Positions 49,439 through 61,561 of a DNA stretch of 64,000 nucleotides are shown here, in pieces. The translations under genes were made by a program, and so were the position numbers. The notes under the pieces are model-generated. The model saw nothing but the letters and a program-made list of their open reading frames with translations. It made no database searches and was not told the DNA's origin. Numbering within the stretch: the stretch's first letter is position 1; each line of letters starts with the position of its first letter. The DNA lies in assembly GCA_963776345.1 (NCBI GenBank), contig CAVZMH010000016.1:768001-832000 (forward strand), given 5' to 3'. The stretch comes from an uncultured delta proteobacterium (GTDB taxonomy: Bacteria; Myxococcota; Myxococcia; Myxococcales; Myxococcaceae).

Positions 49439-50106
49439 GGGTGGCCCCGGTGGTCCGGACGGCGTCACTCCTGGCCGCTCTGGCGCTCGGGTGCGCGACC
49501 TCGACGCCGCGCTCCGAGATGCCGACCGCTCCCCCTCCTGCGGGCGCGGCGGACGCCCTGTACTGGCTGCTCCTCGGACGGTTCGACTCGGCGGACCAGG
49601 CGCGGAGCTCGCCGGGGTACGTCGCGGTGCAGGTCGTGGCCTGCCGGGCGCAGGTGTCGGGGATGGGACCGCGGGCGCTCTACGTCGAGGAGGCGCGGAT
49701 GGAGACCCCCGGCGCGCCGTCCCGGCAGCGGGTGTACGTCCTCGAGGCCCTCGAGCCGAGCGCGTCGGTCGCGATGGCGCAGGTCTTCGATCTCGAGGAC
49801 CCCGGTGCAGCGGCGGGCGCGTGCGGGCGCGCCGAGCCCCCCCGGTTCACCCGCGACGCGCTGGTGGAGCGCGTGGGCTGCGCGATGAGGCTCCGTGCGG
49901 AGGGGAGCGTCTGGCGCGGCAGCACCAGCGGGCGGGGCTGTCCGACCACGCTCGGAGGCGCGACCTACGCCGAGAGCGAGGTCATGATCGATGCGATCGG
50001 TCTCCGCTCCTGGGAACGCGGCTTCGACGCCACCGGCCGGCAGAAGTACGGCGCCGACGCCGGACCGTACGTGTTCCTGCGGCGCACGCCCCTGCCGGTG
50101 CGCTGA
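49435..50106 (+). CDS. CpcT/CpeT chromophore lyase-like lipoprotein
   Basis: LALGC lipobox; GRFDSADQA, LYVEEA, PSRQRVY, GC, GATYAESEV, SWERGFD, GPYVF. Confidence 0.75.
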   Translation: MRVAPVVRTASLLAALALGCATSTPRSEMPTAPPPAGAADALYWLLLGRFDSADQARSSPGYVAVQVVACRAQVSGMGPRALYVEEARMETPGAPSRQRVYVLEALEPSASVAMAQVFDLEDPGAAAGACGRAEPPRFTRDALVERVGCAMRLRAEGSVWRGSTSGRGCPTTLGGATYAESEVMIDAIGLRSWERGFDATGRQKYGADAGPYVFLRRTPLPVR

Positions 50107-50288
50107 GCGCCCGGGGCGGTCGTCGCTGGCCGGGCGCCGCTCGTGACCAGTCTCGCCTGGCGGTCGCCCGGTCCGGACCCGGCGACGCCTCGGCGTGGAT
50201 TTTCGAGGGCGCCGGCCGTGCACGGTCCTTGCTGAGGCCCACCGGAACGCCGTGACCGCTCCGGTCGCAGCACCGGGGGGAGCCTCCC

Positions 50289-51418
50289 ATGAGCCGCGTG
50301 CAGTCCGCGGGCGCCGCGACGCCCATCGATCCGTCCGTCCACGCGCCGGAGACGCCGGGAGCCGAGTCGGCGCACAGCCGGCGCTTCGAGCCCAACGACC
50401 CGGATCGCTTCGACCTCGACGACCTCCAGCCGAAGGCCTCGCCCGGCCGCGCGGGCGCGACGAATGTCGAGACCGGACACCTCACCTTCCACGGCGGCAA
50501 GGTGCTCCGCTCGCCGGACGTCGTTCCGGTCTACGTCGGCGCGTACTGGCAGACGCTCCCGGGCAAGCGCGACCGGGCCCGGAACGATGCCGCGATGGCC
50601 GCGCTGGTGAGGGACCCGGGGCAGACGGGCCTCTGGAAGGAGTACGGCGGCGGCCCGGGGACGACCTCCCCATCGAGGGTCCTGGCGAGCGTGTCGCGCC
50701 GGGATTTCTCAAGGAGGACGTCGAGGCCCTGGTGCAGGCGCAGGTCCGCTCCGGCGCGCTCGACGCGTCCGATCCCGAGCGCATCTTCACCCTGGTCCTT
50801 CCGCCGGGCGTCACGCTGCACGACGGGGAGGCCAGCTCCGAGGCGGGGCTCGGCGGGTTCCACGGGAACGTGACCGCGAGGGATGGACACCCGGTCTACT
50901 ACGCGGTGGTCGTCTACTCGCAGCGGACCGGGTCACGGGTGAACGGCATCGACTTCACCGGCACGCCCATCGACAACGTCACCATCACCGAGAGCCACGA
51001 GGTCACCGAGGCGGTGACCGATCCCGACGTGGGCCTCGCCATCCAGACCGGGAACCCGCGCTACCTCGGCTGGTACGACGACACGACGCCCGTTCGCCGC
51101 CGGGATGGCACGGCGGTGCTCGATGGGATGGGCCGGCCGATGCGAGGCAAGGGCGAGGTCGGCGACATTCCCGTCCTCAACGCGGAACTCGAGGGCGACT
51201 CGGAGCTGAAGACCGTGTGGGGGCGCCGCGGCGGATTCGCCTTCCAGACCGAGTGGAGCAACAACGACGGGAGGGCGGAGCTCGCGCCGTCGGCCGGCGC
51301 CCGGGCCTCAGCGCCCGGAGAGGCGCAGCATGCCGTCGGCGCTCCAGTCCTCACTGCCCACGCCGTGATGCACGAAGAAGAGGCCACCGGGGTCGTACTT
51401 CCGCTTGATGGCCCGTAG
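50289..51418 (+). CDS. Phi-1/EXORDIUM-like domain protein (frameshift near 50705)
   Basis: LTFHGGKVL, EYG, GGFH, YAVV, SHEVTEAVTDP, GWYD, GEVGDI split over two frames. Confidence 0.6.
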
Positions 51419-53104
51419 GCGCGGATAGTTCGCGCCCCAGAACGCCTGCTGCCAGTTCGGCTCGAAGTAGTTGCTCTCGAGCACGTACGAGCCCGGCTGG
51501 GGCACCAGCTTCCGCAGCTCAGCCATCGCGCCGTGGATCCTCTGCGCATCGGTTCGCGCGTCCACCGGGTCGGGCTGGTGGCCGGTGACGCCCGGGTACG
51601 CCGGCGGGCCGCTCCCCGCGACGATCGCCAGGGCAAAGGCATCGAGCAACGCCGGGTTGGTGCAGCTGTCCTTCGCGGCTGCGATCGCCTCCGGCGGCGC
51701 ACCCGCGAGCCCCTTGTTGAAGTGCAGGCCCACCGTCCAGTGCCGTGAGGCGGCAAACAGCGCGTTCGCCAGCGCCTCCTGCCGCGCGGATCCGACGAGC
51801 GACCTCGGCAGCCAGGTGGACTCGTAGCCGTGCCAGTACGCTCCGAGCTCCTCCTCGTTGCTCGCCCACCACAGGTTCTTGAACGGCGGAGAGGACGGCC
51901 GGTCGTCCGCGCGGACGAAGGGGCCCAGATTCGTACGGAGGAACTCGGGGTTCCAGAACTCACGGGCCGGCACCACGGCGATGGTGCGGTCAGCCGCCAC
52001 CGTGATCCCGCTCCCCGGCTTCTCGACCTCGGCGAGGAAGGGTCGCCAGACCTCCTCCGCCTGGGCCCTGTCCAGCCCCTCGAAGAGCATCTGGATGGCC
52101 ATCCGGTTCGTGGGATACAGCCGGACCTGCTCGCCCCAATGCGGGTTCATCAGCGAGCCGCCGTAGAAGGCCACGAACCGGCGAATCAGCTTCCGGAACA
52201 CCGCGTCCGACTCCGCGGTCAAGGTCATCAGCACCGCGCCGAAGGTCTCCGGGAGCGCGTGGGTCCGCAGGGTGAGCCGGGTCACGATCCCGAAGGTGCT
52301 CCCACCGCCTCCCTTCAGCGCCCAGAACAGATCCGGATGGGTGCACGCATTCGCGACCCGCACCCGTCCATCGGCAGTCACCACCTCGGCCTCGAGCATG
52401 TTCGCCGCGGCCATGCCGTACCGCTTGGAGAAGCTCCCGAACCCACCGCCGAGGACGAGCCCCGGCACCCCTACCGTCGCGCACCCGCCACCCTGGACGT
52501 ACCGCCCGCCGCGCGTCGTCACCGCGTCGTAGGCGTGGAACCAGAGCGAGCCTGCACCGAGGTTCACCGCCGGAGACGGCTGCACCTTCCCCTCGCAGCC
52601 CTGCGGGACGAAGGCATCGTGGAGGGTGGCGGTCTCCATCGCGCGCGTCCAGACGAGGAGCGAGTCCGGCGCGTTCGAGCCTCCGTGGTAGCTGTGCCCA
52701 CCGCCCTTCACCACCAGCCGGAGCCGGTGCGTGCGCGCGAAGTTGACCGCGGCCACCACGTCCGCCGTGCTCTTCGCGGTCACCGCGTACGCGCTCGAGC
52801 TCGAGGTCCATGCCCCCGCCCACCCGGTGCTCTGAGTCCCCCAGACCTGGTCGCCGATGAAGTACGGGTTCTGCATCTGCTTCACCAGCTCGGGGCTGGC
52901 CTTCTCCAGCGGCGAGTCGACGCGGAGGAGTCGTCCCTGCACCTGATCGGCGAGCCCCTTCCATGCGGCCTCATCCGGCCAGCCCACGTCCCCGGGGCGC
53001 AGGCGACGACTCGCCATCGCCGCGAGGGCGGACGGCAGAAACGGACGGAGCAGGCCGAAGGCCGCGCTCCCGGCGAGCACCTCGAGGAACCGGCGGCGCC
53101 TCAT
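51308..53104 (-). CDS. Tat-exported FAD-binding oxidoreductase (BBE-like)
   Basis: RRRFL Tat motif, KGGGHSY, GGGFG, WALKGGG, KYDP. Confidence 0.92.
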   Translation of the reverse strand: MRRRRFLEVLAGSAAFGLLRPFLPSALAAMASRRLRPGDVGWPDEAAWKGLADQVQGRLLRVDSPLEKASPELVKQMQNPYFIGDQVWGTQSTGWAGAWTSSSSAYAVTAKSTADVVAAVNFARTHRLRLVVKGGGHSYHGGSNAPDSLLVWTRAMETATLHDAFVPQGCEGKVQPSPAVNLGAGSLWFHAYDAVTTRGGRYVQGGGCATVGVPGLVLGGGFGSFSKRYGMAAANMLEAEVVTADGRVRVANACTHPDLFWALKGGGGSTFGIVTRLTLRTHALPETFGAVLMTLTAESDAVFRKLIRRFVAFYGGSLMNPHWGEQVRLYPTNRMAIQMLFEGLDRAQAEEVWRPFLAEVEKPGSGITVAADRTIAVVPAREFWNPEFLRTNLGPFVRADDRPSSPPFKNLWWASNEEELGAYWHGYESTWLPRSLVGSARQEALANALFAASRHWTVGLHFNKGLAGAPPEAIAAAKDSCTNPALLDAFALAIVAGSGPPAYPGVTGHQPDPVDARTDAQRIHGAMAELRKLVPQPGSYVLESNYFEPNWQQAFWGANYPRLRAIKRKYDPGGLFFVHHGVGSEDWSADGMLRLSGR

Positions 53105-53108
53105 GTCG

Positions 53109-53579
53109 TCACCAGCGGTGGTACGCCGGGTGGCCCGGCTTCACCGCGACGAAGGTGCCGCGGCAGGTGGCAGTCACCTTCCCCTCCGCGCTGAGCGTCG
53201 CCTCGACCGTCGCCCGGTCGCCCTGGATCTGCACCGCCTTCGCCCACAGTGTGAGCTCCGGGCCCATCGGCGTGGGCCGCCTGAGGGTCACCGCGAAGTC
53301 GGAGGTCACCGTGCACGGGGGCGTCTCCAGCCCCTGGGCGTGCATCAGCGCCACGGTCGCCGCCCAGTTCGAGTGGCAGTCCAGCAGGGTCCCGATGATG
53401 CCGCCGTTCAGCACCCCGGGGAATGCCTGGTGGTGCTCCTCGGGGCGCCAGCGGGCGACCAGGTGCTCGCCCTCCTCGAAGCTCCGGATCCTCAAGCCCT
53501 TGGGGTTCGAGGCACCGCAGCCGAAGCAGGCGTTGTGGGGGGCAAACCGCTCCTGGACGCTCGGGCCTTCCATGGCCAC
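53109..53579 (-). CDS. PaaI family thioesterase
   Basis: CFGCG..NPKGL, GVLNGGIIGTLLD, hotdog fold. Confidence 0.88.
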   Translation of the reverse strand: MAMEGPSVQERFAPHNACFGCGASNPKGLRIRSFEEGEHLVARWRPEEHHQAFPGVLNGGIIGTLLDCHSNWAATVALMHAQGLETPPCTVTSDFAVTLRRPTPMGPELTLWAKAVQIQGDRATVEATLSAEGKVTATCRGTFVAVKPGHPAYHRW

Positions 53580-53667
53580 GGCACCCTACTCCCATGCGCG
53601 CCCTCCGGCTCCCCCGAGTTGCCCTGCTCTGGCCGGTAAGTGCCCCATCTTCTTCGGGGTTGTTCCG

Positions 53668-53697
53668 TTGACGGCCCCCGCGGCAGGCCAGTAGAAC
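53668..53697 (+). promoter_or_regulatory. Putative sigma70 promoter of nuoCDGHI
   Basis: TTGACG-N18-TAGAAC, about 50 nt before nuoC. Confidence 0.45.
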
Positions 53698-53749
53698 CCG
53701 CGGCGCCGTTCGGCACGCCCCCTCGTCCCGGAAAGGCCGTCCCGACCCC

Positions 53750-54283
53750 GTGAGCCTCCGCGCCCTGACCCTGATACGCGATGCGCACCCCCACGCCTTC
53801 GTCGAGCAGTACACCGACCGCACCGGCGGCACCTGGGGCGTGGTCAAGCCCGAGTCGCTCCGGGCCGTCCTCTCCCACGTGAAGGACGACCCGCAGCTCG
53901 ACTTCAAGCTCTTCCTCTCCATCGACGCGGTGGACCGGCTGCAGCTCCCGGAGAGCACTCCGCGGTTCGAGGTGGTCTACTTCCTGTACTCGGTGACCTG
54001 GAACGAGCACCTGCGCCTCAAGGTCCGCGTCGCCGAGGACCACCCCGAGATCCCCAGCGTCACCTCCATCTTCCAGGGCGCCGGCTGGTGGGAGCGCTTC
54101 GTCTGGGACTTCTACGGCATCCGCTTCGCCGGACACCCCGACCTGCGCCGCATCCTCCTCTACGAGGAGTTCAAGGGGCACCCGCTGCGCAAGGACTACC
54201 CGCTCCGCGAGCGCCAGCCGCTCATCCCCGAGCGACCCATCCGCGACATCTTCCGCGGCCCGGGCACCTCGGGCGTCTCCTGA
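53750..54283 (+). CDS. nuoC: NADH-quinone oxidoreductase subunit C
   Basis: RFEVVY, WERFVWDFYGI.F.GHPDLRRIL, HPLRKDYPL. Confidence 0.95.
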   Translation: MSLRALTLIRDAHPHAFVEQYTDRTGGTWGVVKPESLRAVLSHVKDDPQLDFKLFLSIDAVDRLQLPESTPRFEVVYFLYSVTWNEHLRLKVRVAEDHPEIPSVTSIFQGAGWWERFVWDFYGIRFAGHPDLRRILLYEEFKGHPLRKDYPLRERQPLIPERPIRDIFRGPGTSGVS

Positions 54284-54291
54284 ACAGACCC

Positions 54292-55530
54292 ATGGCCCAC
54301 GCCGACGAACGACAGAACGAGGAGCTCGCGCAGGAGGAGGACTCCGAGCTCGAGGCCCACCTCCAGACCAGGCGGATGCTCATCAACCTGGGGCCCTCGC
54401 ACCCCGCGATGCACGGCACCGTGCGGATGAAGGTGGAGCTGGAGGGCGAGACCATCGTCCGCGCCGATCCGGAGATCGGCTTCCTCCACCGCGGGTTCCA
54501 GAAGAGCTGCGAGAACGTCACCTGGAACCAGTGCCTGCCGTACACCGACCGGCTGAACTACGTGTCGGCGATCATGAACAACTTTGGATTTCTCAAGGCC
54601 GTGGAGAAGCTGGTCGGCCTGGAGATCCCCGAGCGCGCCCAGTACATCCGGGTCCTCGCCTCCGAGCTGCACCGGATGCAGGACCACCTCACCTGCGTCG
54701 GCGCCATCGGCCTCGAGCTGGGCGGCTTCTCGGCGTTCCTCTACGCCATCGAGGCCCGTGAGCTGATCATGGACCGGGTGGCCGAGCTCACCGGCGCGCG
54801 GCTCACCACCTCCTTCGGCCGCGTGGGCGGACTCAACCGCGACCTGCCCGAGGGCTGGATCGACCGGGTGAGCAAGACCCTGGACAAGATCCACGAGCTG
54901 CTCGGCGAGGTGGATGGACTCCTCACCAACAACCGCATCTTCGTGGACCGGATGCGCGGCACCGGGGTCATCAGCGCCCAGGATGCGCTGGACTTCGGCT
55001 TCACCGGCCCCTGCCTCCGGGCGAACGGGATCAACTACGACGTCCGCAAGGCGCACCCCTACTGGGTCTACGACCGGATGGAGTTCGACGTCCCGGTGGG
55101 CCAGAACGGCGACAACTACGACCGGTACCTCATGCGGATGGAGGAGTTGAAGCAGTCCGAGGGAATCGTCCGCCAGTGCCTCCGCGAGGTCCCGCCGGGA
55201 CCGGTCATCGTGGACGACTGGCGCATCGCGCTGCCGCCCAAGTCCGAGGTGTACGGGACCATCGAGGGCGTCATCTCCCACTTCAAGCTGGTGATGGAGG
55301 GAATCCCGGTGCCGCCCGGCGAGGTTTACGACTGCACCGAGGCGGCCAACGGGGAGCTGGGCTGGTACCTGGTCAGCGACGGGTCGGGCCGGCCGTACAA
55401 GGTCCACGTCCGCGCGCCGGGCTTCGCCATCCTGTCGGGGGTGCCGCGGATGATCGAGGGCAAGATGCTGGCCGACCTGATTCCGACGTTCGACACCATC
55501 AACATGATCGGCGGCGAGGTGGAGCAGTGA
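54292..55530 (+). CDS. nuoD: NADH-quinone oxidoreductase subunit D
   Basis: GPSHPAMHG, GFLHRG, DRLNY, GELG, GGEVEQ. Confidence 0.95.
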   Translation: MAHADERQNEELAQEEDSELEAHLQTRRMLINLGPSHPAMHGTVRMKVELEGETIVRADPEIGFLHRGFQKSCENVTWNQCLPYTDRLNYVSAIMNNFGFLKAVEKLVGLEIPERAQYIRVLASELHRMQDHLTCVGAIGLELGGFSAFLYAIEARELIMDRVAELTGARLTTSFGRVGGLNRDLPEGWIDRVSKTLDKIHELLGEVDGLLTNNRIFVDRMRGTGVISAQDALDFGFTGPCLRANGINYDVRKAHPYWVYDRMEFDVPVGQNGDNYDRYLMRMEELKQSEGIVRQCLREVPPGPVIVDDWRIALPPKSEVYGTIEGVISHFKLVMEGIPVPPGEVYDCTEAANGELGWYLVSDGSGRPYKVHVRAPGFAILSGVPRMIEGKMLADLIPTFDTINMIGGEVEQ

Positions 55531-57275
55531 GCGAGAGCGACGGCAAGAAGCCCACCGGGGACGCGCAGCCGCCTCCGCCCGCAGCCAAGCCGCCCCCGCC
55601 GCCCGGCAAGCCCGCGCCCAAGCACCCCGGCTTCGTCACCGTCACCGTCGACGGCAAGGAGCTGGTCGCCAAGCCCGGCGCCAACATGGTGGACGCGGTC
55701 AAGGACGTGGGCTCGGAGATTCCGTACTACTGCTACCACCCGCGCCTGAGCATCGCGGCCAACTGCCGCATGTGCCTGGTGGAGGTGAGCAACTCTCCCA
55801 AGCTGGTGCCCGCCTGCCAGACGGCCCTGATCGAGGGGATGGTCATCCAGACCCGGAGCCCGCGGGTCCAGGAGAGCCAGCGGGCGGTGATGGAGATGCT
55901 GCTCCTCAACCACCCGGTGGACTGCGCCATCTGCGACCAGGCGGGGGAGTGCAAGCTCCAGGATTACTACCAGCGCTACGACTTCCGCCCCTCGCGGCTC
56001 GAGGGCGAGAAGGTCATGAAGTCCAAGCGCAAGGTGCTCGGGCCCACGGTGGTCCTGGACCAGGAGCGCTGCATCCTCTGCACCCGCTGCGTGCGCTTCA
56101 TGAGCGAGGTGGCCAAGCAGCCGCAGCTCGGCGTCTTCGGCCGCGGCAGCGCCGAGCTCATCGACACCTTCCCGGGCAAGCAGCTGGACAGCAACTACTC
56201 GGGGAACACGGTCGACATCTGTCCGGTGGGCGCGCTGCTCAACCGCGACTTCCGCTTCCGGGCGCGGAGCTGGTTCCTCTCCGCGGCGCCCAGCGTGTGC
56301 ACCGGCTGCTCGCGCGGGTGCAGCACCTTCGTGGACTTCATGGGGCAGGACACCTACCGCTACCGCCCCCGGGAGAACGAGGCGATCAACAAGAGCTGGA
56401 TGTGCGATCAGGGCCGGCTCTCGTACAAGCCTCTGAACCAGCAGCGGCTCGCGGTGCCGATGCTCGGGCGCGGCGAGGATCGGCGCGAGGCCACCTTGCC
56501 CGAGGCGCTGAAGTCCCTCGCCGAGCAGTTCAAGGCGCTGGCCGGGACCGAGGAGCTGGCGGTGCTCGCCTCGCCGGTGGCCTCGAACGAGGACCTCCTG
56601 GCCTCGCTGGCCTTCGCCCGCGATGCGCTCGGCGTGCGCTCGGTCTACGTGGGCGGGCGGCCCGAGGGAGCCGGGGATCATTTCCTCATGACTCCGGACA
56701 AGAACCCCAACCGGCGCGGGCTGGAGTGGGTGGCGCGCGGGCTGGACCTCGCGCTGAAGCCCTTCTCCGCGCTGGGCCAGGCGATCAACGCGGGCAAGGT
56801 GAAGGCGCTCTACGCCATCGGCGGCGAGGTGCCGGTGGATCCGACGCTGGTCGCCCAGGGATTCGGGCGGCTCGAGTACCTCGTCCTCCAGGCCTCGAAC
56901 GAGTCTCCGGTCACCGCCCAGGCGCACGTGCTCCTGCCCGCGACGGTCCATGTCGAGGACGAGGGGTCGTTCACCAACCTGGACGGCATCACCCAGCGCT
57001 TCCGGCGCGCCTATCCCCCGCGGGCGGACGTGAAGGCGCACTGGGCGTGGGCGGTGGCCCTGGCGCAGGAGTTCGGGTTCCCCTGGACGCAGGTGAGCGC
57101 CCGCGACGTGTTCCGCGAGTGGGGCCCGCGGGTGGCCGAGCTCTCGAGCTTCGACTGGGACGGGGCGGCGCCGCCGGTGAAGACCACCCGGGGGATCAAT
57201 CCTCTTGCCACCGGCGCGGATGGACGGCCGCCCGGGTACCGCGAGTTCGGCACTCCGCGCGTCCGGGGGCTCTGA
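55527..57275 (+). CDS. nuoG: NADH-quinone oxidoreductase subunit G (short form)
   Basis: CYHP...CRMC...AC; HPVDCAICDQAGEC; CILCTRC...CP; CTGCSRGC...C. Confidence 0.92.
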   Translation: MSESDGKKPTGDAQPPPPAAKPPPPPGKPAPKHPGFVTVTVDGKELVAKPGANMVDAVKDVGSEIPYYCYHPRLSIAANCRMCLVEVSNSPKLVPACQTALIEGMVIQTRSPRVQESQRAVMEMLLLNHPVDCAICDQAGECKLQDYYQRYDFRPSRLEGEKVMKSKRKVLGPTVVLDQERCILCTRCVRFMSEVAKQPQLGVFGRGSAELIDTFPGKQLDSNYSGNTVDICPVGALLNRDFRFRARSWFLSAAPSVCTGCSRGCSTFVDFMGQDTYRYRPRENEAINKSWMCDQGRLSYKPLNQQRLAVPMLGRGEDRREATLPEALKSLAEQFKALAGTEELAVLASPVASNEDLLASLAFARDALGVRSVYVGGRPEGAGDHFLMTPDKNPNRRGLEWVARGLDLALKPFSALGQAINAGKVKALYAIGGEVPVDPTLVAQGFGRLEYLVLQASNESPVTAQAHVLLPATVHVEDEGSFTNLDGITQRFRRAYPPRADVKAHWAWAVALAQEFGFPWTQVSARDVFREWGPRVAELSSFDWDGAAPPVKTTRGINPLATGADGRPPGYREFGTPRVRGL

Positions 57276-57283
57276 GGCGAGCG

Positions 57284-58723
<1,440 letters not shown>

Positions 58724-58736
58724 CCGGAACCCCTGA

Positions 58737-59436
58737 ATGGCCTACCAGGCGAGCAAGAACCCCAGTGGCGACCTCCGCGAGCGGCTCTACCTGCCGGAGC
58801 TGATCCGCGGCCTGGCCATCACCACCCGGCACTTCCTCCGGAACCTCTTCAATCCCCGGGACCTGAACAGCGAGGTCCAGGATCGCAAGGGCGCCAACCT
58901 CGTCTCCACGGTCAGCTACCCCGAGGAGAAGACGCCCTACCCGCTCGGGTACCGGGGGCTGCACCGGCTCGTGCCGCGGGACGACGGCAAGCCCCGCTGC
59001 GTGGCTTGCTACATGTGCGCCACCATCTGCCCGGCGCAGTGCATCTACATCGAGGCCGGCGAGTACGAGTCGGCCGATCCCGACACCGAGAACCGGGTGA
59101 TCGAGAAGTTCCCCACCCAGTTCGTCATCGACGAGCTGCGGTGCATCGTCTGCGGGCTGTGCGTCGACGCCTGTCCCAAGGACGCGATCCGGATGGACAC
59201 CGGGCTCCACACCCCGTCCGAGTACAACCGCTCCAGCTTCGTCTGGGACATCCCCAAGCTGCTCCAGGGACCGCCGGTGAGCCACCCGTCGGACCCGTGG
59301 AACAAGCGCCCGTCCTCGGCGCCGCCGCCGCACCAGCACCCCGAGGCGCACACCCGGGTGGGCGAGGGGCTGCTGCCGCTCAGGCTGCCCGGGGAGCACC
59401 ACACGCGCACCGAGGTGACGGATCAGCCGATCCCCG

Positions 59437-59459
<23 letters not shown>
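58737..59459 (+). CDS. nuoI: NADH-quinone oxidoreductase subunit I
   Basis: [28 protein letters not shown]. Confidence 0.95.
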
Positions 59460-60453
<994 letters not shown>

Positions 60454-60498
60454 CCCGCCGTGGTAACCGCTGGACCGGCTCGGTGCAGCCGCGGGGGC

Positions 60499-60747
60499 CT
60501 AGTGCGACTGGCCCGAGGGATGCCAGAGGAAGACCTGCTCCACGCCATCGAGGACGAGGGAGCGCCGCTCGAGCACGAGCGGTCTCCCGGCGCGGTCACC
60601 GGAGACGGCGAGGGTCTCCTCGCTCACCCCCACCACGCACCCCGGCCAGGCGCAGGGCAAGATGCGCTCCGGAGAGCCCGGGTGGTGTTGCCGGACGTGC
60701 GCGCACGGGCCCGAGCTGCTCGCCGGCCCCACCGCGAGCGGGATCAC
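60499..60747 (-). CDS. Small Cys/His-motif protein, copy 2 (or second half of a frameshifted gene)
   Basis: PCAHVRQHHPGSPERILPCAWPGC; GTG start overlaps the TGA of copy 1. Confidence 0.55.
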   Translation of the reverse strand: MIPLAVGPASSSGPCAHVRQHHPGSPERILPCAWPGCVVGVSEETLAVSGDRAGRPLVLERRSLVLDGVEQVFLWHPSGQSH

Positions 60748-61001
60748 GGACACGACGCTCTCCAGCGGAAGCCCTTCGGTCCCTCGCCGGAGGCGAACTC
60801 GCGGTCGAACTGGACCACGCGGGAGGACGCGATGCCGCGCTCGACCGCGACCTGGATGAACGTCCGGGCCGTCCCCTCGCCGCACCCGGGCCAGGCACAG
60901 ACCAGGAGCGCCTCGACGTGCAGCGGATGCGACTGCCGGGGGTGCCGGCACGGGCTGCCAGCGTGGCGGTTGCCCGCGAGGTCGCGCTTCCGGTGAGGCA
61001 T
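60744..61001 (-). CDS. Small Cys/His-motif protein, copy 1
   Basis: MPHRK...PCRHPRQSHPLHVEALLVCAWPGC; GGAG upstream of the ATG. Confidence 0.6.
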   Translation of the reverse strand: MPHRKRDLAGNRHAGSPCRHPRQSHPLHVEALLVCAWPGCGEGTARTFIQVAVERGIASSRVVQFDREFASGEGPKGFRWRASCP

Positions 61002-61053
61002 GTCGGCTCCCGACCTCCGGTTGCCTGGAGGCACCAGGTCGAGAAGTCGCTCG

Positions 61054-61467
61054 TCAGGGATGTAGCACGTTTTTCGTGCGCGCACCGGGCAGCGGCTCCC
61101 GGGCCCTCGTGCGCGCCGCCCCGTTCGGGAGCGACCAGAGCCAGCGGCTCTGGCGCCCGTGACGCTCCTCCTCGAACCGGACCACTCCCGCCGCGGCCAG
61201 CTGCTCGAGCAGCGCACGGAGCTGGGTGGACGACAGGCCGGTGGTCTCCACCAGCTGCGGGGTGGTCTTCCCGCCGTCGCTCAGCTCGTGCAGGAGGCGA
61301 TGGACGCGCCGATCCAGACTGCGGCGTTCGGCATCGTCCTGCATCTCGCGCAGGCGCTTCGGGCCCACGCACTCCAGGCACTCGTTGGTCTCCACCAGGC
61401 GCTCGAGACACCGATGACGTGCGCAGAGCCGGCCCAGGTAGATCAGCGGGTACGTCGAGCGCGTCAT
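61054..61467 (-). CDS. Cys/His finger plus winged-helix protein
   Basis: YLGRLCARHRCLERLVETNECLEC, then LLHELSDGGKTTPQLVETTGLSSTQLRALLEQLAAAGVV...WLWSL; GAGGAAGG ribosome-binding site. Confidence 0.65.
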   Translation of the reverse strand: MTRSTYPLIYLGRLCARHRCLERLVETNECLECVGPKRLREMQDDAERRSLDRRVHRLLHELSDGGKTTPQLVETTGLSSTQLRALLEQLAAAGVVRFEEERHGRQSRWLWSLPNGAARTRAREPLPGARTKNVLHP

Positions 61468-61561
61468 CAGGGCTGCCTTCCTCGGGCCGGGAAGTGGCGG
61501 CGGGATTCGTCGCACGACCGGCAAGCCCAACCTTTCACCTCCCCGGGAGGGAAACAAGCAC

